A stretch of 38,109 nucleotides of DNA, taken from Sulfurimonadaceae bacterium. GTDB lineage: Bacteria; Campylobacterota; Campylobacteria; Campylobacterales; Sulfurimonadaceae. This document shows, piece after piece, positions 16,419-26,835 of the stretch; the first letter of the stretch is position 1; each line of letters opens with the position of its first letter. Under the pieces are notes generated by a model. It saw only the letters and a list, made by a program, of their open reading frames with translations. It did no database searches and had not been told where the DNA came from. The position numbers and the translations under genes are program-made. Where the stretch lies: NCBI GenBank assembly GCA_041571435.1, contig JBFFUI010000019.1:1-38109 (forward strand). The letters run 5' to 3'.

Positions 16419-19400
16419 CTATCCGTTCGGCACGTTCTCTTTTCTCGCTGTTGCAGGTTTATCCGTGATCTTGTTGACCATCGCATAGAGCGTCGGCAGA
16501 TAGAAAAGGTTCATCACAGTTCCCCAGATAAGACCAAAACCGAGCGAGATCGCCAGCGGCTGCATGATGATCGCCTGCCCCGAAGCAAAGAACATCAATG
16601 TCGAGAGCCCGACAAAGGTCGTGACCGTCGTGATCACAATAGGACGCAGACGCAGCTTTGCCCGATAGTAGAACTCTTCGGGTTTGTGAGTGCCATGCAG
16701 GAAATCTAGCATGATAATACCGTCGTTGATCACAACGCCGGCCAGGCCCAGGATACCGATGACCGACGGCATCGCCAGGTTGATGTCCATTATGAGGTGG
16801 CCCAGCAGTGCGCCGAAGATCGAAAACGGGATGACCGAGAGGATCATCAAGGCATATTTGATCTTCGGAAAGATCAACAGCAGCAGGATCAGCATGATGA
16901 CCAGTGCAAATGCCGCCGCTGTCAACATGTCGCTTTTTAACTGCTGGTTCTTCTCTTTCTCACCCAGGATGTCGACACGTATCCCCTCTTTCTCAACCGC
17001 TTCGATCGTCGGCGCTATGACATCGAGGACCTGTGTGGCGGTCGTGACCCGTTTATCAACATTGGCGCTGACCGTTTTGACAATATCGCCGTTCTCTTTT
17101 TCAATGATCTCATAGTCCTGGACCTTGATAAACTCGGCCACATCTTCGAGTTTGACAAAACGCCCGTCGCGCAGAGGGATCTCGAATTCATTAAGCGTGG
17201 CAAGTCTGTCTTTTTGTTCATATTCGGTGGTAATATCAACCACCCCGTCGCTGCCGAAGGTCTGTGCCTTGCGGCCGCCCAGGAAATAACCGCTGAGCAT
17301 CTGGGCAACACTCCCTTCTGAGAGTCCAAGATGCTCGCCGTAAGCGTTGAGCTTTATCTTATACTCCATCTTGCCAAGCTGGATATTGTCGATGACCTCC
17401 TTGACCCCTTTGACCTTGTGCAGCTCGTTTTCAAGCAGTGCAATCGCTTTTTGTATCTTGGCATCATCGCCGCCGATAAGGTTAAGCTCGATTTCGGTCT
17501 TGACGATTCCCGCTCTTCGCTCCACTACAGCCAGTTCATCGATACCGTATTGTGCTTCCAGCGGCTGGATCAATTTACGAAGTCGTGCGGCGACTTCGGA
17601 AGAGGAGATAGTGCGTATCTTCTCGGGCGGATTGAATTCAAAAGAGAGGTCCAGGATCGGGTTAACATAGTGGTTGACCCAGTTTTGGGGCACCTGCTCT
17701 TCAAGTTCCAGAGAGATGTAGAAGAGGTTGGTACCCGTATCCCAGGAGTTGGAGAGACTGCGGCGCATCCCGCTCAGCATCGAGGTACTCTTGACATAAA
17801 GTTCCTCTTTGTGATCGAGGATCACTTTTTCGATCACATTGGCGACTTTGTAGGTCGTCTCCAGGTCCGTGTTGATGTTCATCTTGGCTGTGATGTTCAT
17901 CGTTCGGCTGTCAAAAGCCGGAAAGAGCTGAAAGTGAAGTGACTTTAGTGTCCAGACCGTCAATAACGGCACAATGATGAAAAAGAGTGCCAAGGTCAGC
18001 TTCTTATGGTGGATCAGCTTATGCAGCACGACCTCATAACGGCGTGTCACGGGGGACCAGTCCAGCGATTTACTGCCCCGTTTCAACAGCTCCTTGGAGT
18101 GCAGCGGCAGAAAGAAGAAGCTCTCTATCAGCGAACCGAAAAGCACCATGATAACCACGATAGGGATCAAGACGATCATCATGCCCATCTCGCCACTGAG
18201 CATAAAGATCGGCATAAAAGCCGCTACCGTTGTCAAGGTCGCCATCGTGATCGGCAATATCACCTCTTTCACCCCGATGACGGCAGCCTCGGCAGGTTCC
18301 ATTCCCTCATCGATGTGACGCTGGATATTCTCCGAGACCACGACCGCATCATCGACAGCGATACCCACGACAAGGAGCGCACCGACTAGAGAGATCATGT
18401 TTAGCGAATAGCCGCCGGCATAGATAAAGAGCAGTCCGATTATAAACGCAAATGGCACTCCCATCGTCACCACGATCGCCGTATTGTGGTTGATGAGGAA
18501 GTTCATCGTAAAAAAGATCAGGATCAGCCCGAATGTCAGGTTGGCGATGATAATGCTCAGACGTTCATCGATCGGTTCGGAAGAGTCTTGAAAAAAGTCG
18601 AAGATCAGATCAGGGTATTGGGGTTGGATCGTCTCTTTGACATACTCTCTCAGCTGTTTTGAGAGCTCTATCGAATTACCGGCGGTCTCTTTTGAGATCT
18701 TCAACACCAGGTTGTATTCACCGTTAAAGGTCGACAAGGTGACATCCTGCGGATGATAGAAGCGGACAGAGGCGATATCTTTGAGATAGAGCTGTTTTCC
18801 GCCGATATCCAGCAGACTGTTCTCCCACTCCTGTATGTTCGCCTTGCCGTTGGCAGTCGAGACGTAGATGAAGTTATCGACATCATCGATATCGCCGATC
18901 GGATAGATGTAGGAGAGGTTCTGTATCGCACTGAGAACATCACTGGCACTCAGTTTATAGGCGCTTAGCGCATAATCATCGATCTTTATCTCCAGCTTCT
19001 GCTCCGAGTCGCCGTAGATGATCACTTCAGAGATATCCTTGATCTGCGATATCTTGCTTTTTATCTCTTTGGTCTCTTCAAGCAGCGTCTCGAAATCGGC
19101 CGTTTTAGACGCGACGGAAAGCTTAATAAGGTCCCGGCTTCTGTCGACGACCGTTGCCACCGGCTCGTTCATGTCCGGCGGAATGTTCTGGCGGACATTG
19201 GCAAGCTTGTCTTTGACCTTGTTCAATACGACATAGCTGTCTGCATTGTCATCGAGTGTCAGTACGACCGAAAAACGGCCCGGTCGGATCACGCTCTCGA
19301 TCTTGCTGACCCCGCTGACGGAACCGACATCATCTTCGATATCGCGCACCACCATCTTGTCAAGCGTGTTGGCGCTTGCCCCCGAGTAGGCACCCGAGAT

Positions 19401-19541
19401 AAGAACCATGTTAAGCGTGACATCCGGAAAGATCTCTTTGGGAATCTTGATATAGGAGAGGACCCCGGCCATCAGCAAGACGGCCAGCAGCATATGGTTC
19501 AATGAAGTGTTGTGAATAAAATATTTGATAAACTTTGTCAT
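16419..19541 (-). CDS. RND efflux permease (AcrB/AcrD/AcrF family)
   Basis: 1040 aa, RND TM pattern, GIAVDDAVVVSENI, RLRPIVIT. Confidence 0.96.
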   Translation of the reverse strand: MTKFIKYFIHNTSLNHMLLAVLLMAGVLSYIKIPKEIFPDVTLNMVLISGAYSGASANTLDKMVVRDIEDDVGSVSGVSKIESVIRPGRFSVVLTLDDNADSYVVLNKVKDKLANVRQNIPPDMNEPVATVVDRSRDLIKLSVASKTADFETLLEETKEIKSKISQIKDISEVIIYGDSEQKLEIKIDDYALSAYKLSASDVLSAIQNLSYIYPIGDIDDVDNFIYVSTANGKANIQEWENSLLDIGGKQLYLKDIASVRFYHPQDVTLSTFNGEYNLVLKISKETAGNSIELSKQLREYVKETIQPQYPDLIFDFFQDSSEPIDERLSIIIANLTFGLILIFFTMNFLINHNTAIVVTMGVPFAFIIGLLFIYAGGYSLNMISLVGALLVVGIAVDDAVVVSENIQRHIDEGMEPAEAAVIGVKEVILPITMATLTTVAAFMPIFMLSGEMGMMIVLIPIVVIMVLFGSLIESFFFLPLHSKELLKRGSKSLDWSPVTRRYEVVLHKLIHHKKLTLALFFIIVPLLTVWTLKSLHFQLFPAFDSRTMNITAKMNINTDLETTYKVANVIEKVILDHKEELYVKSTSMLSGMRRSLSNSWDTGTNLFYISLELEEQVPQNWVNHYVNPILDLSFEFNPPEKIRTISSSEVAARLRKLIQPLEAQYGIDELAVVERRAGIVKTEIELNLIGGDDAKIQKAIALLENELHKVKGVKEVIDNIQLGKMEYKIKLNAYGEHLGLSEGSVAQMLSGYFLGGRKAQTFGSDGVVDITTEYEQKDRLATLNEFEIPLRDGRFVKLEDVAEFIKVQDYEIIEKENGDIVKTVSANVDKRVTTATQVLDVIAPTIEAVEKEGIRVDILGEKEKNQQLKSDMLTAAAFALVIMLILLLLIFPKIKYALMILSVIPFSIFGALLGHLIMDINLAMPSVIGILGLAGVVINDGIIMLDFLHGTHKPEEFYYRAKLRLRPIVITTVTTFVGLSTLMFFASGQAIIMQPLAISLGFGLIWGTVMNLFYLPTLYAMVNKITDKPATARKENVPNG

Positions 19542-19580
19542 TGATTTTCCAATCGATTAATATGTAAATTGTAGCCAATA

Positions 19581-19618
19581 CGCGTTAAAAAAAGCAGAAA
19601 AATGCCCTTTTTAACACG
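19581..19618 (-). terminator. 16-bp RNA hairpin after thioredoxin-fusion gene
   Basis: Minus-strand CGUGUUAAAAAGGGCA/UGCUUUUUUUAACGCG; all 3 non-Watson-Crick positions are G-U. Confidence 0.55.
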
Positions 19619-19619
19619 C

Positions 19620-20447
19620 CTATCTGCTGCTGTCCGTTTTAATTGTATGTAAAAACTCCTCTTTGCTGTTGTAGCCGAGGAGACTCTTATAACTTTGTTC
19701 CGTTCGATAGTCGATAAAATGTACTATCGGGGTGAATGCCTTGTCGAGATTTTTTGGAAACGGGTCTTTCTCTTTGTTGATGATCAGCGGGATGTAGTTC
19801 TTTTGGATCACTGCATCGACCTCTTTTTTCAGCAGTACACGCTGCTCGAACTTCCGGCACCAGGGACAGTAATTTGAGACCAGTACAAGCATGATGTTCT
19901 TTTGCGCTTTTTTGCCTTTCATGAGCGCCGTTTCATAATCCGTTTCATACCCCATTGCGGCCGCAAAACTGTTGTCATCGACGGCAACTTTGGCGATCGC
20001 CCTGTTCTCTTCGCCATACTGCTCCGAAAACCTTGCCAGAAGCTCATCCAGGGCATCTTCGAGATGCTCCTCAATATCTTCGTCTGCCGTAAAATGCACC
20101 GCATCTTCATACGTCAAAGCAAAGGTCTTCTCACCGGAATCAAGACGTTTCACCTCTTCACCTATGACTAGCCGGACCTTTATCACAACGCTATTGCCAA
20201 TATAGAGTTCATTGACAAGCAGAGCCAGTGATCTGGGGTCATACCCCTCAGTATCAAGTCCAAGTGCATCGGCGGTCTCTTTTAATTGTGCCATGATGAC
20301 CGATTTATATTTCTGATGTACTTTCTTGCCCCCTATCTCGACAACGGGATAGATTTTGTCAATGCCCGACAGTGTGTACATCGTACCGGCGCTAAGCAGC
20401 GTGTTAAGAAAAAACAGTGCAGGCAGAAGATATTTTAGATGCATCAT
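19620..20447 (-). CDS. Secreted protein: unknown N-terminal domain plus SoxW/thioredoxin-like domain
   Basis: Signal peptide, CPWC motif, FTP cis-Pro loop. Confidence 0.85.
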   Translation of the reverse strand: MMHLKYLLPALFFLNTLLSAGTMYTLSGIDKIYPVVEIGGKKVHQKYKSVIMAQLKETADALGLDTEGYDPRSLALLVNELYIGNSVVIKVRLVIGEEVKRLDSGEKTFALTYEDAVHFTADEDIEEHLEDALDELLARFSEQYGEENRAIAKVAVDDNSFAAAMGYETDYETALMKGKKAQKNIMLVLVSNYCPWCRKFEQRVLLKKEVDAVIQKNYIPLIINKEKDPFPKNLDKAFTPIVHFIDYRTEQSYKSLLGYNSKEEFLHTIKTDSSR

Positions 20448-20702
20448 AGTGTTGGCTCCGGACAGCAAAACGCTTGTACGTCTCTGTCTTGAATAAAGGG
20501 GTTCGCACTACTATAATCTGAGATAATTTTAGTCATTTGTTTTCCTGTCAGTCTATAAGAGAAATAGTAGCCAATGAACGTTAACCTACTGTTAAGCTGC
20601 AGACGTACAATACGCGCTTTAAAACAAGTAATGTAAGAGAGCAACAAAAGTCGGCAGAGTCTTGGCTGCACCTGTAATGATATATTGCCGATAGATGCCG
20701 AC

Positions 20703-21248
20703 TCAAAACTTGACCACTTTTGTCCGCTGCAGAAATTTGAGCACCCCGATCACTATTACAACAGCCAGCAATCCCCACTGCAGAGGACTGAGTACTTTTT
20801 GTGCCATGACAAAATGGGTACTCGCCATAATCAGCGCCGCATAGAGAAGCCTGTGGTATTTGTAATACTTTGAAAAGAGTGACGGCAGCGAGGTGACAGC
20901 CATAAAAAACAATATTGCGAAGGAGAGCACCCCGAGGTAGATAAAGGGTTTGTCCACGGTCTCTTTAAGAGCGGAAACGGGGTCAAGCTCCATATCCAGT
21001 ACGACAAAATTGCTCAGATGCAACAGGGCATAAAAAAAACCAAACAGTCCGACCAGCCGCCGATAACGCACAAGGTTCACTCTCCTCTGCAGTATCGAGA
21101 TAGAGGTCGTTATGAAGATCAGGGTCAATGCCGTACCGCCGGTAATGCTATAGATATACTTGATGGGGTCTTCCGCACCGACTAAGAAAAGCCTGTAGAA
21201 CAAAAACGACAAAGGCGAGAGCAGCAGCAGCCAGATAACAATACGCAT
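20703..21248 (-). CDS. msrQ: Methionine sulfoxide reductase heme-binding subunit
   Basis: RRLVGLFGFFYALLH, AVTS, HRLLY...H; 1-nt overlap with msrP. Confidence 0.93.
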   Translation of the reverse strand: MRIVIWLLLLSPLSFLFYRLFLVGAEDPIKYIYSITGGTALTLIFITTSISILQRRVNLVRYRRLVGLFGFFYALLHLSNFVVLDMELDPVSALKETVDKPFIYLGVLSFAILFFMAVTSLPSLFSKYYKYHRLLYAALIMASTHFVMAQKVLSPLQWGLLAVVIVIGVLKFLQRTKVVKF

Positions 21249-22207
21249 CAGAAGAACTTTCCAAGATCCATGCCCCGGTAGAGGTGGCCGACCTCTTTCT
21301 CGTAACCGTTAAACATCAGCGTCTGCTGTTTAAAGAACTGTCCCAGCAGACGTTCGCGCTTTTGGGACCAGCGCGGGTGGTCGACGTTGGGGTTGACGTT
21401 GGCATAAAAGCCGTATTCGTCCGGGGCCGTTTTCTGCCAGCTGTTGAGCGGCTCGCTGTCGGTAAAGCTGATCTTGACGATAGACTTGATGCTTTTGAAG
21501 CCGTATTTCCACGGAACGACAAGCCGCAGAGGCGCCCCGTTTTGCGGCGGCAGGGAGTGGCCATAAAGGCCGACGGCCATGATAGCAAGCGGATGCATCG
21601 CCTCATCCATACGCAGCCCCTCGACATAAGGGTAATCCAGCGCCTTGAAAAAGCTACGTTTCTGGTCGGGAAACTGCTCGGGATCATAGAGGGTCTCGAA
21701 ACGGATATATTTGGCACCGCTCAAGGGCTTGGCGAGCCGAACGAGCTCGGCCAGCTCGAATCCGATCCAGGGTACCACCATGGACCACCCTTCGACACAG
21801 CGGAAACGATAGATACGCTCTTGCAGTGTCACCTTTTTAAGCAGGTCGTCAAACGCTATCTCGAAGGGTTTTTCGACCAGTCCGTCGATGCGGATCCGCC
21901 ACGGATCGCTCTTGAAACCCTTTGCCAATGGTTTGACCGCTTTTTTGTCGGTGCTGAATTCATAGAAGTTATTGTAAGAGGTGATCTGATCGTAGCTGTT
22001 TGGTCTGAGTTTTAGGGGGTTGGTATCTTTGCGGCATACAAGGTCGGGTTCCGGCGTAAAATCCTTGGCAGCAAGTGTCATCACAGCCGATGTACTCACC
22101 ACCATGGCCGCTCCCAGTTTGAGAAAATGTCTGCGATCATTAAACAGATGTTCATCGGTCACAAACGTCTCACCGATCTCCCACTTCTCTTTTTTAAGGT
22201 AATACAT
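21248..22207 (-). CDS. msrP: Periplasmic methionine sulfoxide reductase catalytic subunit
   Basis: Tat [40 protein letters not shown]. Confidence 0.97.
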   Translation of the reverse strand: MYYLKKEKWEIGETFVTDEHLFNDRRHFLKLGAAMVVSTSAVMTLAAKDFTPEPDLVCRKDTNPLKLRPNSYDQITSYNNFYEFSTDKKAVKPLAKGFKSDPWRIRIDGLVEKPFEIAFDDLLKKVTLQERIYRFRCVEGWSMVVPWIGFELAELVRLAKPLSGAKYIRFETLYDPEQFPDQKRSFFKALDYPYVEGLRMDEAMHPLAIMAVGLYGHSLPPQNGAPLRLVVPWKYGFKSIKSIVKISFTDSEPLNSWQKTAPDEYGFYANVNPNVDHPRWSQKRERLLGQFFKQQTLMFNGYEKEVGHLYRGMDLGKFF

Positions 22208-22361
22208 AACGACTCCTTTATAGCGGAGAATATGACTCTACCACCATAATAGTACGTTAAGGAGTTAAAACAGATCAAATCGGAACACTAGCCTGAAAAA
22301 TAAAGGAATGGTCCATTCGTCGGAAGGAGGTTCTTTTATGCGGCGCGCGACAAAAGGAGGC

Positions 22362-22682
22362 TCATCTTATGTCGCTAAAGTCATACATCCGTTCTTTGAA
22401 ATCAACGATCACGCCTTTCTCCACAACCACACCCTCTTGTGTCAGTAGTCGGATCTTTTCGGCGATACCGCCCTCTGCTGAATAGTTGCCGACTTTGCCG
22501 TCAGAGAGGACAACACGGTGACAGGGTACTTTCGGCGCATAGGGATTTTTGCCGATAGACGTGCCGACAGCACGTACTGCCTTGGTCCCCAGGTATTTTG
22601 CTACCGCACCATAGCTGGTGACCGAACCTTCTGGAATTTTTTCTAAAGCCTTATAGACCTTCTCTTGAAAAAATGTCGGCAT
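22362..22682 (-). CDS. MGMT-family methylated-DNA-protein-cysteine methyltransferase (single domain)
   Basis: IPEG.V.SYG, RAVG, NP...VPCHRVV. Confidence 0.9.
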   Translation of the reverse strand: MPTFFQEKVYKALEKIPEGSVTSYGAVAKYLGTKAVRAVGTSIGKNPYAPKVPCHRVVLSDGKVGNYSAEGGIAEKIRLLTQEGVVVEKGVIVDFKERMYDFSDIR

Positions 22683-22691
22683 GCTCAATCA

Positions 22692-23588
22692 CTATTGGAA
22701 CTGCTCTTTGAGCTCTTTTAAGGCCCGGCGGAAATTGTGCATATGTTTTGCGATCACAGCCGGGTCATCCGATGTTTTCATATAGGTGTTGAAATCGACA
22801 AGTACGTCGGCTACACCGCCTGTTCCGAGATTGGTAGCGGAACCTTTGAGCATGTGCGAAATATCTTCGATCCTCTTACTGTCATTGGCACTTACAGCCT
22901 CTTCCAGCCCCGGCAACTCGCTTTCAATCTGCTGGATCATGTCAACAATAAAGTCATTCGCCTCTTCTTTGGAGAGTCCGAACTCCTCCATTGTACGTGC
23001 ATTGTCGAAAGGTGCATAGTTATAAGGTTCCTCTTCTATCACCGGTTGCGGTTCTGCGATAACCTCTTCCGGTACCTCGACAACTTTTTCACGCGGTACC
23101 TCTTCACGCGCAGGAAGTTCTTCTATTACCGGGGATATCTCTTCAACAACGGGTTTTGGCTCGGTAACGGGCGCAACGGTACTTTCTGCTTCAACAGGCT
23201 CATCCAAAGCAATAAACGGTATCTCAGCAGATGCAGCAGGCGTCTCTTGCAGTGGTGCGACTTTTGCCGTTTCTTTAGAAACAGAAGGTTGCGATATAGG
23301 AGCGATCACAGGCTCTTGATGTTTTGGCGTCTCTTTAACAGCCTGCGGCTTAGGCTTTTCAGCTTTGGCTTTCTTTTTCGCCTTGATTTTTTTGGGCTCT
23401 TTTTTCGGTTTCGGCTTTCGTTTCTCTTTCGGACTGCGCACTACCGAATGTGAGGAAGTTCGTATCGTGGATATCAGTATATAAATAAGTAAAAATATAA
23501 ATAGGACAATCGGAACAAAAACAAACCAGAACATAGCAGACTCCCTTGCTATCACCACAGCGATATACATTGATGTACTGTCCATCAT
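22692..23588 (-). CDS. Membrane-anchored Hpt-domain protein
   Basis: N-terminal TM, Lys-rich then Glu/Pro-rich linker, SHMLKGSATNLG. Confidence 0.88.
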   Translation of the reverse strand: MMDSTSMYIAVVIARESAMFWFVFVPIVLFIFLLIYILISTIRTSSHSVVRSPKEKRKPKPKKEPKKIKAKKKAKAEKPKPQAVKETPKHQEPVIAPISQPSVSKETAKVAPLQETPAASAEIPFIALDEPVEAESTVAPVTEPKPVVEEISPVIEELPAREEVPREKVVEVPEEVIAEPQPVIEEEPYNYAPFDNARTMEEFGLSKEEANDFIVDMIQQIESELPGLEEAVSANDSKRIEDISHMLKGSATNLGTGGVADVLVDFNTYMKTSDDPAVIAKHMHNFRRALKELKEQFQ

Positions 23589-23675
23589 AATATAAATGTC
23601 TGCTTGACAAACTTAAGGCACTGAGATCGGCTCTATTTTGTAAAAAATGTGGTAAAAAAGTAAAAAATGAGAGAG

Positions 23676-23698
23676 CAGACGGTGGATACCACCATCTG
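23676..23698 (-). terminator. Putative terminator of oadGAB
   Basis: CAGAUGGUGG-uau-CCACCGUCUG hairpin followed by U-rich tracts on the minus strand. Confidence 0.6.
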
Positions 23699-23707
23699 TA
23701 ACAGGAA

Positions 23708-25042
23708 TTATCCGAAGATAGAGATCATCACACCTGCTGCAACAGCAGAACCGATAACACCGGCAACGTTAGGCCCCATCGCATGCATAAGAAGCATGTT
23801 AGAGCGGTCATATTCCATACCGACCTTGTTGGAGACACGTGCCGCCATCGGAACAGCCGAGACACCGGCCGAACCGATAAGCGGATTCACTTTTGAACCA
23901 GGGAAGAGGTTCATGATCTTTGCCATAAGAACACCTGCCGCTGTACCAATAGAGAATGCGATTAGACCAAGGATCAAGATCGCCAGTGTATCGACGACAA
24001 GGAACTGATCTGCCGCCAGTTTGGAACCAACACCAAGCCCAAGGAAAATCGTGACGATGTTGATCAGTGCATTTTGAAGCGTATCGCTCAGACGTTCAAC
24101 CACACCCGACTCTTTCAGGAAGTTACCGAACATAAACGCACCGATCAGAGGTGTAGAGTCCGGAAGCACCATGATCGCAAGTGTAAGTACCATAACAGGG
24201 AAAACGAGTTTCTCCAAACGGCTGACGTGACGAAGTGTCGTCATCTTGATCTTACGCTCAGACTCTGTCGTCAACGCCTTCATGATCGGCGGTTGAATGA
24301 TCGGGACAAGTGCCATGTAGGAGTAGGACGCAACCGCGATCGCTCCTAGCAGTTCCGGAGCCAGTTTTGTTGCGATGAAGATCGAGGTCGGACCGTCTGC
24401 CCCGCCAATGATCGAGATCGCAGCCGCCTGTTGCAGCGTAAAGTCAAATATGTCCGTATATTGCGAAAGAGCTACGGCACCGACAAGCGTACCGAAGATA
24501 CCGAACTGTGCCGCTCCGCCGAGCAGTGCCGTTTTAGGGTTTGAAAGCAGCGGCCCGAAGTCCGTCATCGCTCCCACACCCATAAAGATGATGATCGGGA
24601 ACATCTCATTGGCAAGACCCATGTTGTAGATAACACCCAGGAAACCGTGAGCACCTGCAATGTTCGCTACCGGTATGTTGGCCAGAAGACCGCCAAATGC
24701 GATCGGCAGCAGCAGTAATGGTTCATACCCTTTGGCAATTGCCAGGTAGAAGAGCAAGAAGGTGATCAAGATCATCAAGACACGGCCCCATGACTTGTGG
24801 AAGTCGCTCATCGGCGCACCGTGCGCGTTCACCTCATTTGGGTCCGGATTCAAAATAGCGTTGACGCCTGTTGAAGCCAAAAAACCGATCGTCATCTCAG
24901 CAAATGTCTGAGGCTGATAGGTCTCTTCCTTGTGTGTGCTGCTTGTAGGCTCACTCTCTGCTGCAGGCGAATGCGCCTCCGAAGCGTGTAGAGTGAGGCT
25001 AAAAAGCACCAATGCAAAAAGTTTAAGTACAAATGACTTCAT
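23708..25042 (-). CDS. oadB: Na+-translocating decarboxylase beta subunit
   Basis: [36 protein letters not shown]-like, [13 protein letters not shown]. Confidence 0.96.
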   Translation of the reverse strand: MKSFVLKLFALVLFSLTLHASEAHSPAAESEPTSSTHKEETYQPQTFAEMTIGFLASTGVNAILNPDPNEVNAHGAPMSDFHKSWGRVLMILITFLLFYLAIAKGYEPLLLLPIAFGGLLANIPVANIAGAHGFLGVIYNMGLANEMFPIIIFMGVGAMTDFGPLLSNPKTALLGGAAQFGIFGTLVGAVALSQYTDIFDFTLQQAAAISIIGGADGPTSIFIATKLAPELLGAIAVASYSYMALVPIIQPPIMKALTTESERKIKMTTLRHVSRLEKLVFPVMVLTLAIMVLPDSTPLIGAFMFGNFLKESGVVERLSDTLQNALINIVTIFLGLGVGSKLAADQFLVVDTLAILILGLIAFSIGTAAGVLMAKIMNLFPGSKVNPLIGSAGVSAVPMAARVSNKVGMEYDRSNMLLMHAMGPNVAGVIGSAVAAGVMISIFG

Positions 25043-25045
25043 AAC

Positions 25046-26827
25046 TTATCCGATAACTGCGACGACTTGGCCTTCGACCACTTTGTCATTGATAGCAACA
25101 TTGATAGATTTGACAACACCGCCCTTTGGTGCAACAACATCGATCTCCATTTTCATTGATTCAAGGATCATGATCGTGTCACCTTCGGCAACACTCTGGC
25201 CCGGATTGGCAACGATCTTCCATACCGCACCCGGAAGAAGTGCTTTGATATCCATACCGACACCTGTTGGTGCATCTACCGGTGCTGCACTCTCTCCCTC
25301 TACACCGATGACTTGAATATCACCGCTGCCTTCTGCTACCTGAACACTGAATTTTTGACCGTCTACAACGACTGTATAGTTACCACTTGCCATATCTTTT
25401 TCCTCCTCGTTTTGCATATCTGAATTTTTACGTACGTTAACTTCTGCCTCGCCTTTCAAGAAGGTAATACCCTTCTCCTGGCACGCTGCTGCAATGAAGA
25501 TGTTCTCTTCAGTCGTTTCGATCCCCTCTTCTTTCAAGATGTTCTCCCAGTGCGCCAATGACTTGGTCGGGTCAGCATCTGTCAGTTCAAGGACTTTGGC
25601 CGTTGTCGGCTCAAGGTTCATCTTCTCTGAAGCGATCTTTACGATCTCAGGATCCGGTGCGACCGGTGTCTTACCGAAGTAGCCCAGTACCATCTTTCCA
25701 TAACCCGGTGCAATCGCTTTCCAAGGGCCTTGCATCACGTTGTTGAGTGCCTGTTGGAAATAGAACTGAGAGACCGGTGTTACGGATGTACCGTAACCAC
25801 CGCGCTCCACCACTTCACGCATCGCATCGATAACATCCGGGAAGCGCTCCAAAATACCGTTGTCGCGCATCATCTGCGTATTGGCTGTCAAGGCACCGCC
25901 CGGCATCGGCGAGAATGGAATCAATGGAGAGACCATGGTCGCTTCCGGCGGCATGAAATAGTCTTCTAGACAGTGTTGTACCTCTTTCTCATACTTGAGG
26001 ATCTTGTCGATCTCCAAACCGCCGAGATCATAGTCCATACCTTTAGTAGCGTGAAGCATTGTCAGGATATCAGGCTGGGACGTACCGCCTGAGACCGGTG
26101 CCGCCGCCATATCGATACCGTCAATACCGGCGTCAAGTGCCGCCATATATGCCGCTACGGAAACACCAGCTGTCTCGTGTGTATGAAGACGAAGGTGTGT
26201 CCCTTCCGGTACTAGAGCGCGTGCCATCTTGATGGTCTCATAGACTTTTTTCGGGCTTGATGTGCCGGAAGCATCTTTGAAACAGATAGAGTCGTAAGGA
26301 ATACCGCTGTCGAGGATCTCACGAAGTGTCTTTTCATAAAACTGTACATCATGTGCACCGAAACATCCCGGTGGAAGGTCCATCATCGTCACAACCACTT
26401 CGTGTTTCAGTCCATAATGGCTGATACGCTCACCAGAGTACTTGAGATTCTCAACATCGTTCAGTGCATCGAAGTTACGAATCGTCGTCGTACCGTGCTT
26501 TTTAAACATCTTTGCATGCAGGTCGATCAGTTCACGTGAACCCGTATCGAGCATCACCGTGTTGACACCGCGTGCGAGTGTCTGCAGGTTCGCATCCGGA
26601 CCTACGATCTCACGGAAACGGTCCATCATCGTAAACGCATCTTCGTTCAGGTAGAAATAGAGCGACTGGAAACGTGCTCCTCCACCGAATTCAAAGTGTG
26701 TGATCCCTGCCTCTTTCGCTGCAGCTACCGCAGGGAAAAAGTCATCCATCAATACACGACCGCCGAAAACAGATTGGAATCCGTCACGGAAGGTCGTGTC
26801 CATAATGTCAATAAACTTCTTTGCCAT
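25046..26827 (-). CDS. oadA: Oxaloacetate decarboxylase alpha / pyruvate carboxylase B (carboxyltransferase plus biotin carrier)
   Basis: DTTFRDGFQS, FKDASG, HTHET, VTPVSQ, biotin motif ESMKME. Confidence 0.93.
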   Translation of the reverse strand: MAKKFIDIMDTTFRDGFQSVFGGRVLMDDFFPAVAAAKEAGITHFEFGGGARFQSLYFYLNEDAFTMMDRFREIVGPDANLQTLARGVNTVMLDTGSRELIDLHAKMFKKHGTTTIRNFDALNDVENLKYSGERISHYGLKHEVVVTMMDLPPGCFGAHDVQFYEKTLREILDSGIPYDSICFKDASGTSSPKKVYETIKMARALVPEGTHLRLHTHETAGVSVAAYMAALDAGIDGIDMAAAPVSGGTSQPDILTMLHATKGMDYDLGGLEIDKILKYEKEVQHCLEDYFMPPEATMVSPLIPFSPMPGGALTANTQMMRDNGILERFPDVIDAMREVVERGGYGTSVTPVSQFYFQQALNNVMQGPWKAIAPGYGKMVLGYFGKTPVAPDPEIVKIASEKMNLEPTTAKVLELTDADPTKSLAHWENILKEEGIETTEENIFIAAACQEKGITFLKGEAEVNVRKNSDMQNEEEKDMASGNYTVVVDGQKFSVQVAEGSGDIQVIGVEGESAAPVDAPTGVGMDIKALLPGAVWKIVANPGQSVAEGDTIMILESMKMEIDVVAPKGGVVKSINVAINDKVVEGQVVAVIG

Positions 26828-26835
26828 TTTTATCC

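Noticed and set aside
20448-20702. ncRNA or small ORFs in the msrQ-thioredoxin gap
   Set aside because: No recognisable RNA motif; ORFs lack RBS and coding character
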